Positions 36,808 through 48,885 of a stretch of 64,000 bases of DNA are shown here, piece after piece. Below the pieces are notes generated by a model. It saw nothing but the letters and a program-made list of their open reading frames with translations, was not told the origin of the DNA and searched no databases. A program made the position numbers and the translations under genes. The DNA is from Eledone cirrhosa (Eukaryota): positions 49,290,001 through 49,354,000 of the forward strand of contig OZ024741.1 in assembly GCA_964016885.1 (NCBI GenBank). Direction: 5' to 3'. Each line of letters starts with the position of its first letter. The stretch's first letter is position 1.

Positions 36808-39800
36808 ATGGCCAATATAAGAGTTGGATGTGTGAACGTACGCGGCCTGGGGATGCCCTGGAAATAGGGCAAACTCTTAAACGACCTCAGGTCGCACAGT
36901 ATGGATGTGGTAGCCATTTGCGAGTCCAGGATCCCCAGCGAGCGACAGCTGGCCCCCATCTTCGATGACTTTGAGATCTACGCATCTCTCTGTCAACCGG
37001 GAGGTGGGGGAGGAGTTGCCGTTTTGCTGCGGAAACACCTGAGCCTCGTAACACAGACGGTACATCTGGACTCGGAGGGGCGACTGGTGGTCCTAGACGT
37101 TGACGGTAGTGAAGGTGGAGCCTTCAGGCTGGTGGCCGCATATGCCCCATCCGGGACACCGCGGCCAGACTTTGGGAACGTTCCACTCCTTGCTTTTAGT
37201 GGGGGACTGGAATGGAATCCTAGATGCACGTTGGGACTATGTGGGAGCATGTCCCGATAAAGGGGGGGGGGGGGTGTAACAGCCTCAAGCAGTTAATCGA
37301 CCGATTTGACCTGGCCGATAGATATCGACTAGATTTTCCGACTGCGCCACTGTGGACGTGGACTAATCGTAGAGGAACATCTAGATCGTACCTAGATAGG
37401 GTTCTAGTTAGAAATAAGGATAGGGACATGTTAAGCTGTCCACAAATGTTCATGGTTGCCTATTCAGATCACAAACTAGTGACCTGCATGGCCAACCTTG
37501 ATAGAACCCATAGACAAGGACCCGGCTACTGGAAGCTGAACTTGTCGTTACCGACAAGCAAAGCCTACAGTAGACGGATTAGCACTTTAGTTAAACAGCA
37601 CTTGACAGGGGCCATTGTCAACAACAGATGGTGGTACTCTCTCAAGAGGTCAGTTAGATTAGACTCGTTAGTTTTTAGTAAAGAATTAGCGTTAGATAGA
37701 AATAGAACCGAGAAGGAACTGGTAGATAAAGTAGAAGAGGCAATTAGAAGTGGCAACGTAGCCAGCGTGCTAGCAACGAGAACGGCCTTGGACCAGTTCT
37801 TCGACGCAAAGCACGAGGGCTGCGTTGTCAGAAGCAAAATACGTGCTCTGGGAAACGAGGGAGCCAAAGCTGTTAGCTGGGCCCGAGTGACGGAGGCAAA
37901 AAGTGGCAACAAGTCCATGATTCGGTCTTTGAAGGACCAAAACGGACGCATGATACGTGAGCCGAAGCAGATGTGTGCGGCCTTTCAGCGGCACTTTGCT
38001 CAACTGTTCAGGTGGGGCGGCGCGCCGGGAGGGGCTATGGATTTCGGTCCATACCTCGACGGCCTACCGCGACTCTCGGACAGCGAGGCAAAGTTCTGCA
38101 AAAAGCCGATTTCAGCCGCTGAGATAGGGGACGCGCTGAGCCAATGCGGCAAACGCAAATCTCCAGGTCTCGACGGTCTACCCTACGAATTTTACGTAGC
38201 AATGCCAGACTTATTCTCCGGTCTCCTGGAAGCGGTCTACTGCAACTGGCAACAGAACGGGAGAATTCCCAGTTCTGTAACCGGGGAGGTAGCCACACTA
38301 ATCAGGAAGGACGAGAATAAGGGGGATGACATAGGCAACTTCCGGCCCATAACTCTGCTAAACACAGAGTTACAGATTTTGGCCAAGGTGTTGGCAAAGA
38401 GGCTGGCGCTTGTCGTCGAGAACTTGGTGGGAGAAGAGCAGACATGCGCAATCCCGACCAGGTCCATACACGACAACCTCCACCTCATGCGATACATCAT
38501 AGAGAGGGTAGGGTGTAAACCCGGCTTCGGTGGGGCCCTGATCAACTTGGATCAGTCTAAGGCTTTCGATAGGGTTGACCATCGTTACCTGGATGCGGTG
38601 CTCGAGGCGGCAGGCTTCGGACCCGTGTTCAGGGGCTGGATTGCTGCAATGCACAACAGCAACATCTGTTCAAGGGTCAAGGTGAACGGCTACCTCTCGG
38701 AGCCGTTCCATATTACGCGATCCATTCGACAGGGATGCCCTCTCTCCTCCCTTCTGTACGTACTGACTCTCGAGCCACTACTGCGGAAGTTGGAGCTATT
38801 GCAGGGCATCCCTCTGGAACCGGGACTGCGGAAAGCGGCCTCGGCCTACGCCGACGACGTGACAATAATGGTGTCGAGCGCCTCGCAAATCGAGGAAGTT
38901 GGCACCTTACTGAAGGAATACGAAAGTTTCACAGGAGCGATGCTGAACCGGGACAAGTCCATCGGTTTGCAACTCGGATCGTGGAGAGGCAGACCGATGC
39001 CTTCCGATGGCGTCGTCGGACGCTGGACGGAAGGACCGGTAAAGCTGCTCGGGGTCTGGTTTGGTCCGGACCTCCAGGTGGAGAAGAACTGGAACGAAGT
39101 GACGGCCAAGGTGTTTGCACTCACCCAGAAGTGGGCCGAGTGCAAACTATCCTTGAAAGGTCGAGCGGAGGTGGCGAACACTTTTATAGCGTCCGCCATC
39201 TACTACCGCTTGACCGTCGTGCCTTGTCCAGCCAAAACGCTCGCCAAAATGGAGCGCGCGCTCTTCCGATTCCTTTGGAAGAGGCGGGCTCCTTTGGTGA
39301 GAAGATCCATCTGCTGCCAACACCCTTCTAACGGAGGGCTGGGGATGCCGTGGTTGACGATGCGCAAACACGCGCTCAGGTTGCGGCATCTCTACGTATT
39401 CCTCACCGGACAACCGGTGTGGGCCCCGTTCGTGAGGCGAGCCTTCCCACGACTCGTCTCGCTGACGGAGCTGCAGTCCTGGGTCAAGCAAAGACCGAGG
39501 AAAATGGGCGACTGGCACATCGAATGTGCTCAGGCGCTCACAGCCCTCTGGCAGGCGGACCCGGCGATCAGTGGAGACTCCACTTCGTCATTCTATAGAG
39601 GGTTGGTCCGCAGCAAGTGCGACGACGCGCTCGGTGAAACTCTAGGCGTAGAGGAAGATGAACTGGCCAGTCTGTTTGGTAGGACCTTCCGCCCGGGACC
39701 GATGGACAACTTCCAAAAGTCCCTGGCCTGGCAGTGCTACCGAGGAGCTCTACCAGTTCGAGACAAGCTCTACAGACATGGGCGCCCGGGCAGGGACCCT

Positions 39801-40228
39801 GCAAAAAAGATCTGTCCGAGGTGCGTGCGAGACGAAGAAACCGTCGCGCACGCATTCATACACTGCCCGGGCGTCACTGACCTGTGGGGCTATGTAGAAT
39901 GACTATTGTCGCGGGTGGGACCAATCCAGTTGACCACCGAGTCCATTGTCATGATCAAACCACCACCCTCCTTCAAAAACGAAGGAGAGGCGGTTTTCCT
40001 TTGTGTGATAGCTATGGCGAAAGAGGTTGTATGGTGGACAAGGTTGAAAGGGCTGAGGTCAGACACCTTTCTCTCCGGCCAACAACTGATTCTTTTTTTC
40101 AAATACCACTTTGGAAGAAGAATCAGGATGGAGAGAGAGGTGCTGTACCTCAGCAAGTTTTATGAAAGGTGGGTGAAAGTGGCGAGATGGCCCGAGTGAA
40201 TGGGCCTTCTCTCTATATCAGCCTGTAG
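36808..40228 (+). pseudogene. LINE ORF2: APE endonuclease + RT + CCHC
   Basis: MANIRVGCVNVRGL, DVVAICESR, GGVAVL, YAP, SYLDRV, SDH, YWKLN, KSPGLDG, AYADD, CPRC..ETVAHAFIHC. In-frame stops near 36865 and 39900 and a frameshift near 37200. Confidence 0.92.
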
Positions 40229-40529
40229 GTTGAGGAAAAGGAGGAGGAGAGGAAAGGAGTACAAACTCTTCGTACTCCTGGAGATGAGGGTTGCACATTT
40301 TTTTTCGGGGGTATGTGTTACTCATATGAACTGTCTCCCTCTATTGGGGGAAAATCGACTAACTTTTTAAATTCCATTTGTGATAACATTTTACACGTTT
40401 TTATTGTATGTAAACTTCCCCCTTTGTATTTGTCCCCTTCTTTTGTGCCCCTGTGGCTAATAAAGAAATATATCTATCTATCTATCTATCTATCTATTTA
40501 TCTATCTATATATATATATATCTATCTAT

Positions 40530-41625
40530 GCTGAGTCCATAGTAAGGATCAAACCGCCAACTTCTTTCAAAAACGAAAGAGAGGCGGTTTTCCTCTGTAT
40601 AGTGGCTATGGTGAAAGAGGTTATATGGTGGACGAGGTTGAGAGGACTGAGGACAGATGCCTTTCTCTCCGGACAACAATTGATTCCCTTCTTTAAGTAT
40701 CACTTTAGAAGGAGAATCAGGGTGGAGAGAGAGGCACTGCACCCCAGTAAATTTACTGAAAGGTGGGTGAATGAAGCGAAAATGGCCCGAGTGATTGGGC
40801 CTTCTCTGTTTATAAGCCTGTAGGTTGAGGAAGAGAGCAAAAGGAAGAAAGGAGCACTTGCACAACACGCTCCTCAAGTTGAGGGTTGTTCTATCGACGG
40901 GGTATTAAACAACCCATTTGTGGCGCCTCCCCCCTATTGGGGATTTCGATTGTTGAAATTGTTTGTTTTTATATTTTTTACACGACTGTATGTAAAATCC
41001 CCGGCATGTCTTTGTATTGTCGCCTTTCTTGTTGCGCCCTTGTGGCTAATAAAGAAATCTATCTATCTATCTATATATCTATATATATATCTATCTATGC
41101 TGAGTCCATAGTAAGGATCAAACCGCCAACTTCTTTCAAAAACGAAAGAGAGGCGGTTTTCCTCTGTATAGTGGCTATGGTGAAAGAGGTTATATGGTGG
41201 ACGAGATTGAGAGGACTGAGGACAGATGCCTTTCTCTCCGGACAACAACTCATTCCCTTCTTTAAGTGTCACTTTAGAAAGAGAATCAGAGTGGAGAGAG
41301 AGGCATTGCACCCCAGTAAATTTACTGAAAGGTAGGTGAATGTGACAAAAATGGCCCGAGTGATTGGGCCTTCTCTGTATATAAACCTGTAGGTTGAAGA
41401 AGAGAGCAAAAGGATGAAAGGAGCACTTGCAACACGCTCCTGAAGTTGAGGGTTGTTCTATCTACGGGGTATTAAACAACCCATTTGTGCCGCCTCCTCC
41501 CTATTGGGGATTTCGATTGTTATATTTGTTTGTTTCATATTTTTACACGATTGTATGTAAAATCCCCCGCATGTGTCTTTGTTTTGTCTCCTTTTCTTGT
41601 GTGCCCTTGTGGTTAATAAAGAAAT
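40530..41625 (+). mobile_element. Two tandem 5'-truncated 3' ends of a sister Tx1 family
   Basis: 40530-41058 and 41099-41625 both start gctgagtccatagtaagg and end aataaagaaat plus (ATCT)n. Confidence 0.9.
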
Positions 41626-41956
41626 ATATCTATCTATCTATTTACCTACCTACCTACTTACCTACCCATCCATCCATCTATCGATCAGTCGGTCTGTACC
41701 TCCGTCCATCAGTCCATCCAAACACAACCATCTTATCTCCGAAATGAGATAAGATGGTTGTGTTTTAATGACTGTTTGATCATGGCTGATCTGCTGCTAA
41801 ACAATATTAACGAGACTTCCTGTTAACACTTCTAAACAAATACGCAGTAATCGCTTTGAACACTGGGCATGCGTAATCATATTTACGAATGTTATTTTGA
41901 TACTGCGGTTTAGATATATTTTGACAGATTCAATAACGAAATCTTTTCTTCGTAAT

Positions 41957-42117
41957 AAGGGACGCTAACTATGCTTTCCAGCATAGTTAACGTCCCTTTA
42001 CGATCTGAGTTCAAATCCCGCCGAGGTTGACTTTGCCTTTCATCCTTACGGGGTCGATAAAATAAAGTACCAGTAATGCACTGGGTAATTGCTGGCCTTG
42101 TGCCTAAAGTAGAAACA
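41957..42117 (+). mobile_element. 5'-truncated family A SINE with fold-back 5' end and 66-bp flanking duplication
   Basis: 41891-41956 is repeated at 42118-42183 with one mismatch; 5' hairpin aagggacgctaactatgct-ttcc-agcatagttaacgtccctt. Confidence 0.85.
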
Positions 42118-43180
42118 GTTATTTTGATACTGCGGTTTCGATATATTTTGACAGATTCAATAACGAAATCTTTTCTTCGTAATTCTAAAGGAATTTATCT
42201 AAATTATCTTTCTCTTCGTCGATTCAGTGTTAAGAATATATGTACGTCTTTTTTAATGTGAAAGTCAATAACAAGTGTTGACGGTCCAGACTTACCACTG
42301 TTATCAGTATTCACGTTCTTAACGTTTCTATATGCCAGACTTTAATGGCTTTGATTCTGTCTTTCATTATTACGACAGATTACCCATCATTTCACCCCTC
42401 ACCCGCCTCCTTCTTCCTTAAATCTCACCCACCCACCCCTTCTCATAATACTTCTCCTTGTTCGTGTAGGCTGCAGATTTTCATTGTCAGAATAATATGG
42501 AAACAATTGTCTGATCAAATCTGCCATAACATCGAAAGACAGTAAAAAAAAAAGAGAGAAACGTTAAATGCATTCGTAAATACGCATTGAAAATAATTAC
42601 CGACTTGCTGTGGATGTATGGAATTGTTAGGATTATTTAGTTTATTCTCAATACATGTGTTTTACTCTGAAATTAGGCTTAAAAACCATTGATAATTACA
42701 TAAATCTGAAAAAGAAAGCTAAAAACAAGATTAAGTAATGAGAAAAAGGGGAAGGGGTAAAGAAGGGCAGATCTGGCTGTATGGGAAAGTAGAGGAAAGG
42801 ACTATAAATGCCATAAATGAGACAAAATGAAGGGGAACAGCAAGGACTCTTGGGCCACAGAAGAGAGGGATTGGGTGGTGGCGTCTTGATCTAGAGCGGG
42901 GTTATTCTGTAATACTAGCAGTCACCCATGCGGCTATAAATGCCTTAAATGAGAGAAAAAGGAAGGAAAAATCAAGGACTCTTGGGCCACAGAAGAGAGA
43001 GGGGGGAAGGGAGAGGGTGGTGGGCTGAGAGCCTAGGGCGGGGATGAGTTTGGGCTGCACCCAGCGGACAAAACTGCAAAGGGTTAAAAGTAATTGTTTC
43101 AGGGCTTATTAGTATATATCAGGAATTTACTGAGGTGGTAACAAAAGAGATGTGGTTTTGATTTGCTTTATACTCTAGAA

Positions 43181-43367
43181 CAAACATGTCAAATATGCGG
43201 CACTTTACAAGCACACATGCGGCCCGCACGAAGATTTTTACAGCGCGAGCATGTTTTATCTTGGTAAAATTAGCTGTAATGTGCGCAATTAATTGTCGTG
43301 TGTGGCCCTCAGACAACACATATGTGACACATGTGGCCCTCGGGGGACCCTCAGTTTGACATGCCTG
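43181..43367. mobile_element. hAT (Charlie-type) MITE
   Basis: TIRs caaacatgtcaaa / tttgacatgcctg, 8-bp TSD CTCTAGAA, subterminal gcggccc/gtggccc motifs. Confidence 0.85.
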
Positions 43368-43900
43368 CTCTAGAACATCTTATTGGCTTTCTATATCTGA
43401 ACAGAGACAGGTAAACAAGAATATATTTTTATTTCTTATTTCTCTAAATTTAAGTACTACCAGCAATACACTTGTTTTTCATCATCACTATAACCATCAT
43501 TATCGTCATCATCACCACCATAACTACCAGCACCAGCACCACAACCACCAATACGACGACGGCCACGACCACCACCACCTAAACCACCACCACATCACAA
43601 CCACCACCACTACCGATTTTAGGTGCTGCGTTGTATCCTTAAGCAAGACACTTTATCTCACGTTGCTCCAGTCCATGAAGTTGGCAAACATGAGTTGCAC
43701 CTGTAATTCAAAGAATCATCCTTATCACATACAGTGTCACGCTGCATCTCCCTGAGAATTACATTAAAGATAAACATGTTTCTAGAATGTTCAGTCACTT
43801 ACACGTTACTTTCACAACTAGACTGTTCCATTGTTTGAACAACTAGAACACTCCTCGTCACAATCAACGATGGTCCAACAATACAAATATTGCATGTATG

Positions 43901-45726
43901 TTATCTCTTTCTCTTAATTTCGAGTATATTTTTTGGACCGGCCACCTTCCTGGTGGCAAGGCTGTAAAAGAAAAGAAATTGTTATCCCTTGAATCGCAAG
44001 AATGTTTTGCAAATTTTGAAGGTGCCAGCTATCTCAGCCATTTGTAGACTATGAATTAGGGAGCTGCGCTCTTTGTCCGCAAATCCAAGTTCAGTCATAC
44101 TTTGGTCCAATTGGGTTGGTATATAACCCGTAGCTCCAATAATGATGGGTATGAAGCTAAAGGTGTATCTTGGATACTGGATTTGTAAACTCTTCATCAA
44201 TGGTCCGTAGATGTCCTCCTTCTCCTGTATTTTTCTGACAACGTTTACATCAAGTGGGCAGCTGATCTCCACAACAGAACACGTTTTCAATGTGTGGTTC
44301 CAAACAACAATATCAGGCCGGTTGTGCTTTAATTTGGTGGCAGTTTTTATTTTCAGGTTCCACCAGTATTCTTTAGTGCCATCTGTCTCAATATATTCTT
44401 CCTCGTTTGTTTTCCGAAGTGCGTTCCAGATGGTTCTAGCTATCCCTTTGTGTCTCATGGGGAGGTAGTAGCGAGATGACATTCTTTCGCAGCTGGCAAC
44501 AATGTGGCTTACATCCTCGATCTTTGTTTTAGATAGCCTACATTTATTGTCAGCTGATGGCTCTCCCCTTTTGTGCAGCAGATATTTGGTAGGGAGTTCT
44601 TGTTCCTGTATTGCATAGAGATATCCCTCAAGTTGTGATGTCATAAACTTGTCGGAACTCAATGCCAGGCTTTTTGAGTGGTTTATCCCCTCTATGGTCT
44701 GTGTTTTACGTCTCAAGTATCTATGCACAACTTTTTCTGTAAATTGGTCAATTTTTTCATCTTGTTTGAACATTGAATAGGATCTTCCGATTTCTCTGGG
44801 TGAGAGATTTATATCAGGCTTTATTCCATATCTCTCCTCCAGTTCAGTGGCTATTCTAATGATATTTTTTTTTCATGCTCATAAACCTGGGCAAGATGGT
44901 TGCCAACCTTTTTCCTCTGTTGAAGATGTTGCTTCAGTGTTACTATCCGGGTCTCATATGATGTTAATATGGATTTTAGACCCCGGCCACCTTCCTTGCG
45001 TGAGAAGTATAGCCTATCCACATCACCATTGATGTTAAAGTTCCCAATAACACTGAGAAGTTTGCGAGTTCTAACATCCATCTCACTTAGTTCTTGCAAT
45101 GACCAGTTCAGCAGGCCAAATGTTGGCGTTAGAATTGGCACAGCATAAGTATTGTGGGCAATGTATTTGTTGTACGCTGACAGTTCTGATGACCATATTT
45201 TCTTTACTCTTCTGAGGTATTCAGTTCTGGTTCTTTCCTTATTTATGGGTCCATCATATCTGACATTCTCATCCTGTCCAAGATATCTGTAGTTGTCACC
45301 TGACTGTAGATGTTGTATTGTCAGGCCGTTCATCTCTAGATTTCTAGAGGAGGGCACAGCTCTTCCACGTTTTACTGCCAAATATGCACACTTGGACTCA
45401 CCAAATTTCATTTTGATGTCTGTTGAAAATTGTGTAATGAGGTCCAATTGTTTCTTGATGTCATTGATATTTGGCCCATACAACTTCAGGTCATCAACAA
45501 AGAAAAGATGGGAGATACTTCTGGACCCACTTCTTTGTCCACCTTGTTTCCTGAGTAGGTAAGATAGTGGATTTAGTGAGAGAACGAAGAGTAGCACTGA
45601 CAAGCTATCATCCTGAAAGATGTCCTTCTGGTAATGTATCTTATCAGTCTTAACTTGCTCCTTCTCACCTCTAAGGATCAAATTGGTGTACCAGTTCTTG
45701 GTCAGACGTTCAACAGCAGCTACCAG
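43901..45726 (-). mobile_element. Second R4-clade RLE non-LTR retrotransposon, 5'-truncated
   Basis: IFQ.DSLS.LLF, HLFFVDDLKLY, YRYLG, RKEGGRGL, AIQEQELPT, CRL...EDVSHIVASC, RH, NRPDIV, VEISCP. (CATA)n-type sequence at both junctions. Confidence 0.88.
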
Positions 45727-45808
45727 TGTATGTATGCATGTATGCATGTATGTATGTATGTATGTATGTATGTATGTATGTATGTATGTATGTATGTATG
45801 TATGTATG

Positions 45809-46860
45809 GTGCTACTGGTAACATGTATCCCAGTACAACCTGTCTCATGGTCGGGTCGTTGGCGACTAAACTGGCAACCCCACCAATGTTTCTTGGTGAG
45901 GAGGGTGACTCTGGACATCCTGCAGGACTAAAAACAAAACCTGTCAAAGGACAAAGGAGCTCTTGAGAGTCAATGGCCATCCAAAATCACCGGGAGAGAT
46001 GACTCCTTAGCCTTTGTCAAGGCAGAATTCTAGGAGAAGGAAAACTCTGATATAACACCTGCAACCCTGATGGTATCCAATGATGTTGACTTGTTCTTCT
46101 TTTTGGTAAATATCATCTTGGTTAAGAGAGTGGGACTGGCTTTGTGCAGTGCCTTTGCTCACTATAAAAGCTTCACGGCACAGGCATTGCTTTATATCTG
46201 GAGATCTCTCTGCACTTGTCGTCACATGGTTCCATGTGTCAATAATTGTCACAGGTGTAGTGTTTGTACCAGAGTTTTCAAGGACTAAAAAGTCACACTT
46301 GTTTAGCGCATCGGTAGGGGTTCTCCTACATGAATATAAAGTAGTGGCCGTACTCGAAAACGAGTTGGCAGCCACCATGTATGTATGTATGTATGTATGT
46401 CAGGTCGCTCTCGAGTGCTACTGATAACATGTAACCCAGTACAACCTGTCTCATGGTTGGCGTCTAAACCGGCAACCCCACCAAACTTGCTTGGTGAGGG
46501 TGGTAATGTTTGGACACCCTGCGGGATGAAATACAAGTCCCGGCAAAGGGCGGAGGAACTCAGCAGAGTCAACGGCCATCCAAATAGTATTTTTTTTTCC
46601 ACCTGGGAGTAAAAGGTCCCGGTTGTCACAACACCTTTCTAGGAGATGGAAACTCTGAAAAAAAAACCCTGCGGGTTCGGAAGCATCCGATGATGTTGAC
46701 CAGTTCTCCTTTTCGGGTAGTGTTTTCGATTCTCAGAGAGTGGGATTGGTCGAGTGCAAGGCCTTTCCCTACTTAAAAACCTTCAAAGCACAGGCATTGC
46801 TTGTTAAGGATCTGTTACAAGTGATTGCAATACTCTTAGCAGAGTTTGCAGTCATCACAT
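45809..46860 (+). mobile_element. Two diverged copies of a non-coding element resembling RTE/BovB 5'UTRs
   Basis: 45809-46376 and 46401-46860 share gtgctactg.taacatgta.cccagtacaacctgtctcatgg, ggcaaccccaccaa..ttggtgagg and ttctaggaga.ggaaa(a)ctctga. Each is preceded by (ATGT)n. Confidence 0.55.
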
Positions 46861-47004
46861 AAAAAACATAATAACAATAATAATAATAATAACAACAATA
46901 ATAACGAGAACAACAACAATAATAATATACATATATATATATACACACACGCGCACACACATAAACCTATCTACACACACATACACACACACACACGATA
47001 GCAA

Positions 47005-47665
47005 CTAACAGTGCTGCGATCGAATGTGGCTTTTTAGCCCAGCCAATGATCTAAAATGTCTTGCAGAGAGTTGGCAACCAAAACATTCACTGGGAATAGC
47101 CGGCTGTGGTTGGTGTTTGTGTACTTTTGCATGTCGTTTGAGCCCTCCTGCTGATTTACATTCTCTACCACATGCTTGGCAAGCATGATGAGTAGCATCT
47201 CCAACAGCAGCCTGGTAGTCAACCACTGGTCTTACTTTATGACTGCGAAGATGACTTTCGAGTCCAGCTTTGCTTAGGCAGAGTCTCGCACAGACGCTGC
47301 ATGTCAGCACCATAGGAGGACCCTCGGCGTCTGGAAGTGCAACAGCAATGCCATTCCTCACATCCCGCTTTACTTTCTCGTATGCGATTCGAGATGCCTC
47401 AAAGGCAACTTTCCCCTCATATACAGCCTTTCTCCATTTATTACGATCAGCAGCAACATTTTCCCATGTATCAGCAGAGATGTTAGCGTCTTTCAAAGAG
47501 GCTTTCAAGGAATCCTTATACCTCTTTTTTGGTTTATGTGGCGGTCGTTTTCCTTTAACTAACTCTCCATAAAAGAGTTGTTTTGGTATTCTAGAATCCT
47601 TCATCCTGGCAAGGTGACCACTCTAACGGAGTTGTTGCTTAAGCACAAGAGTTTCTATACTGTCA
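47005..47665 (-). pseudogene. RTE-clade LINE 3' end with three C2H2-type zinc fingers
   Basis: RM.DSRIPKQLFYGEL..GKR...PKKRYKDSLK...WE..AADR.KWR, then CSVC..H..H, CQAC..H..H and CQLS..H...H. Confidence 0.85.
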
Positions 47666-48129
47666 CACAGAGAGCAAAGTGGGTGGGAGATTTCCCCGTC
47701 GGACGGGGAGAGTTGACTGGTCTGTTATCAACTGGTAGTAAAATGAATTCCGCTTTTTCTTCACCAAATATTTGTTTCGACTGTGTAAATGTTGGACTTA
47801 TGCTGCTAAATTTAATTCTTGTTTGATTCTATTTGGAAATGCAGCCTTCTGAAAATAGTGTTGAGAGTTGATTAGATATATTGACAATGTAAATATATTC
47901 TAGAGATTTTTGGTATTTATATAGTGATATACGTAGCCCGAGGTATTTGTTTTAATTCTTAATATACTGTACACTTGAAACCACATTAGCAAGACATTCT
48001 CGAAAAACGATTGCATTAAAAATTGAAGTATTTATTCTAACCCTGAAAATTTCCACAACGATCTGTCCACTAGTAAAGATATAGATGTTTTAAAATATTT
48101 TCGAATAAATGATTATAGGATGTTAAAAG

Positions 48130-48305
48130 CAAACCTGCCAACCTCTAAAAACGCAAAGAGGGAGTGCCATAAAAAAAGTGCCCCAAAACGGGGAGAATAA
48201 GGCAAAATGGGGAGCTATACCCTTTTTCACAAGAGAAGACATCTCTCATCCACCCCAAAGGGGGTGGCAGATATCCCCGTCCGATGGGGAGAGTTGACAG
48301 GTCCG
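48130..48305 (-). mobile_element. CAGACCTG-family MITE
   Basis: Reverse copy of 13253-13448, with 7-bp flanking repeat TTAAAAG. Confidence 0.75.
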
Positions 48306-48358
48306 TTAAAAGTTAACACAATATTCTTCTTTACTAGTTAGTTAACTACAATATTTAA

Positions 48359-48885
48359 TCTATATATATAAAGCTGTGGTTGTCTGTCTGTCTATCGATT
48401 TTTGGCACACATCTCCTCTTAGAATCTCTGACGGAATTGCACTGAAATTGCTATACTTGTACATTGAGCCCTAGCGAAGACATCGGAAAAAAAATATTTC
48501 AAATTGACCCACCCTATGTGACGAAATCGAATCTAATGTATCGATTTTTGAGCGTAAGTGACGAGTTATTTCCCTTTGTTCTGTTTACATTGAGCGTCTT
48601 ACGTTGTTTTTCTCTGCGTTGCAGTGTTTACATTTTCGATCTTTGTTAATAAATAACCAGTGCAGTTTTTATCCCCAGTATCCTCTTTTGTTATAACATT
48701 CGAGTTATCGTTATGTTTTCTTAACTTCATAAGGCATATTGTTGGTTGAGGGAATATTAATCAAAAACACCACATGCAAGTCTGCACAGTAGACACTACA
48801 GTTTTTAAGCCAAAAAAGAAACTTAACATTGTAACTTTAACACAGCTACTGAGCGACCCCGAGCAACGCCGGGCTTTACTGCTAG
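48359..48885 (+). mobile_element. Non-autonomous Helitron
   Basis: a|TCtatatatataaag ... cccgagcaacgccggg hairpin, CTAG|t; internal (GTCT)n. Confidence 0.8.

Larger units (their letters stand above)
34768..40469 (+). mobile_element. Near full-length Tx1/L1-clade LINE
   Basis: Starts after (TC)n, has ORF1 and ORF2, ends tgtggctAATAAAgaaat followed by (ATCT)n. Confidence 0.92.

Noticed and set aside
29132-39855. Antisense and alternate-frame ORFs over the Tx1 elements
   Set aside because: They are shadow ORFs of GC-rich RT coding sequence.
41720-41765. Perfect 20-bp-arm hairpin followed by Ts, terminator-like
   Set aside because: The context is eukaryotic; it is most likely a repeat remnant or fold-back and no function can be supported.
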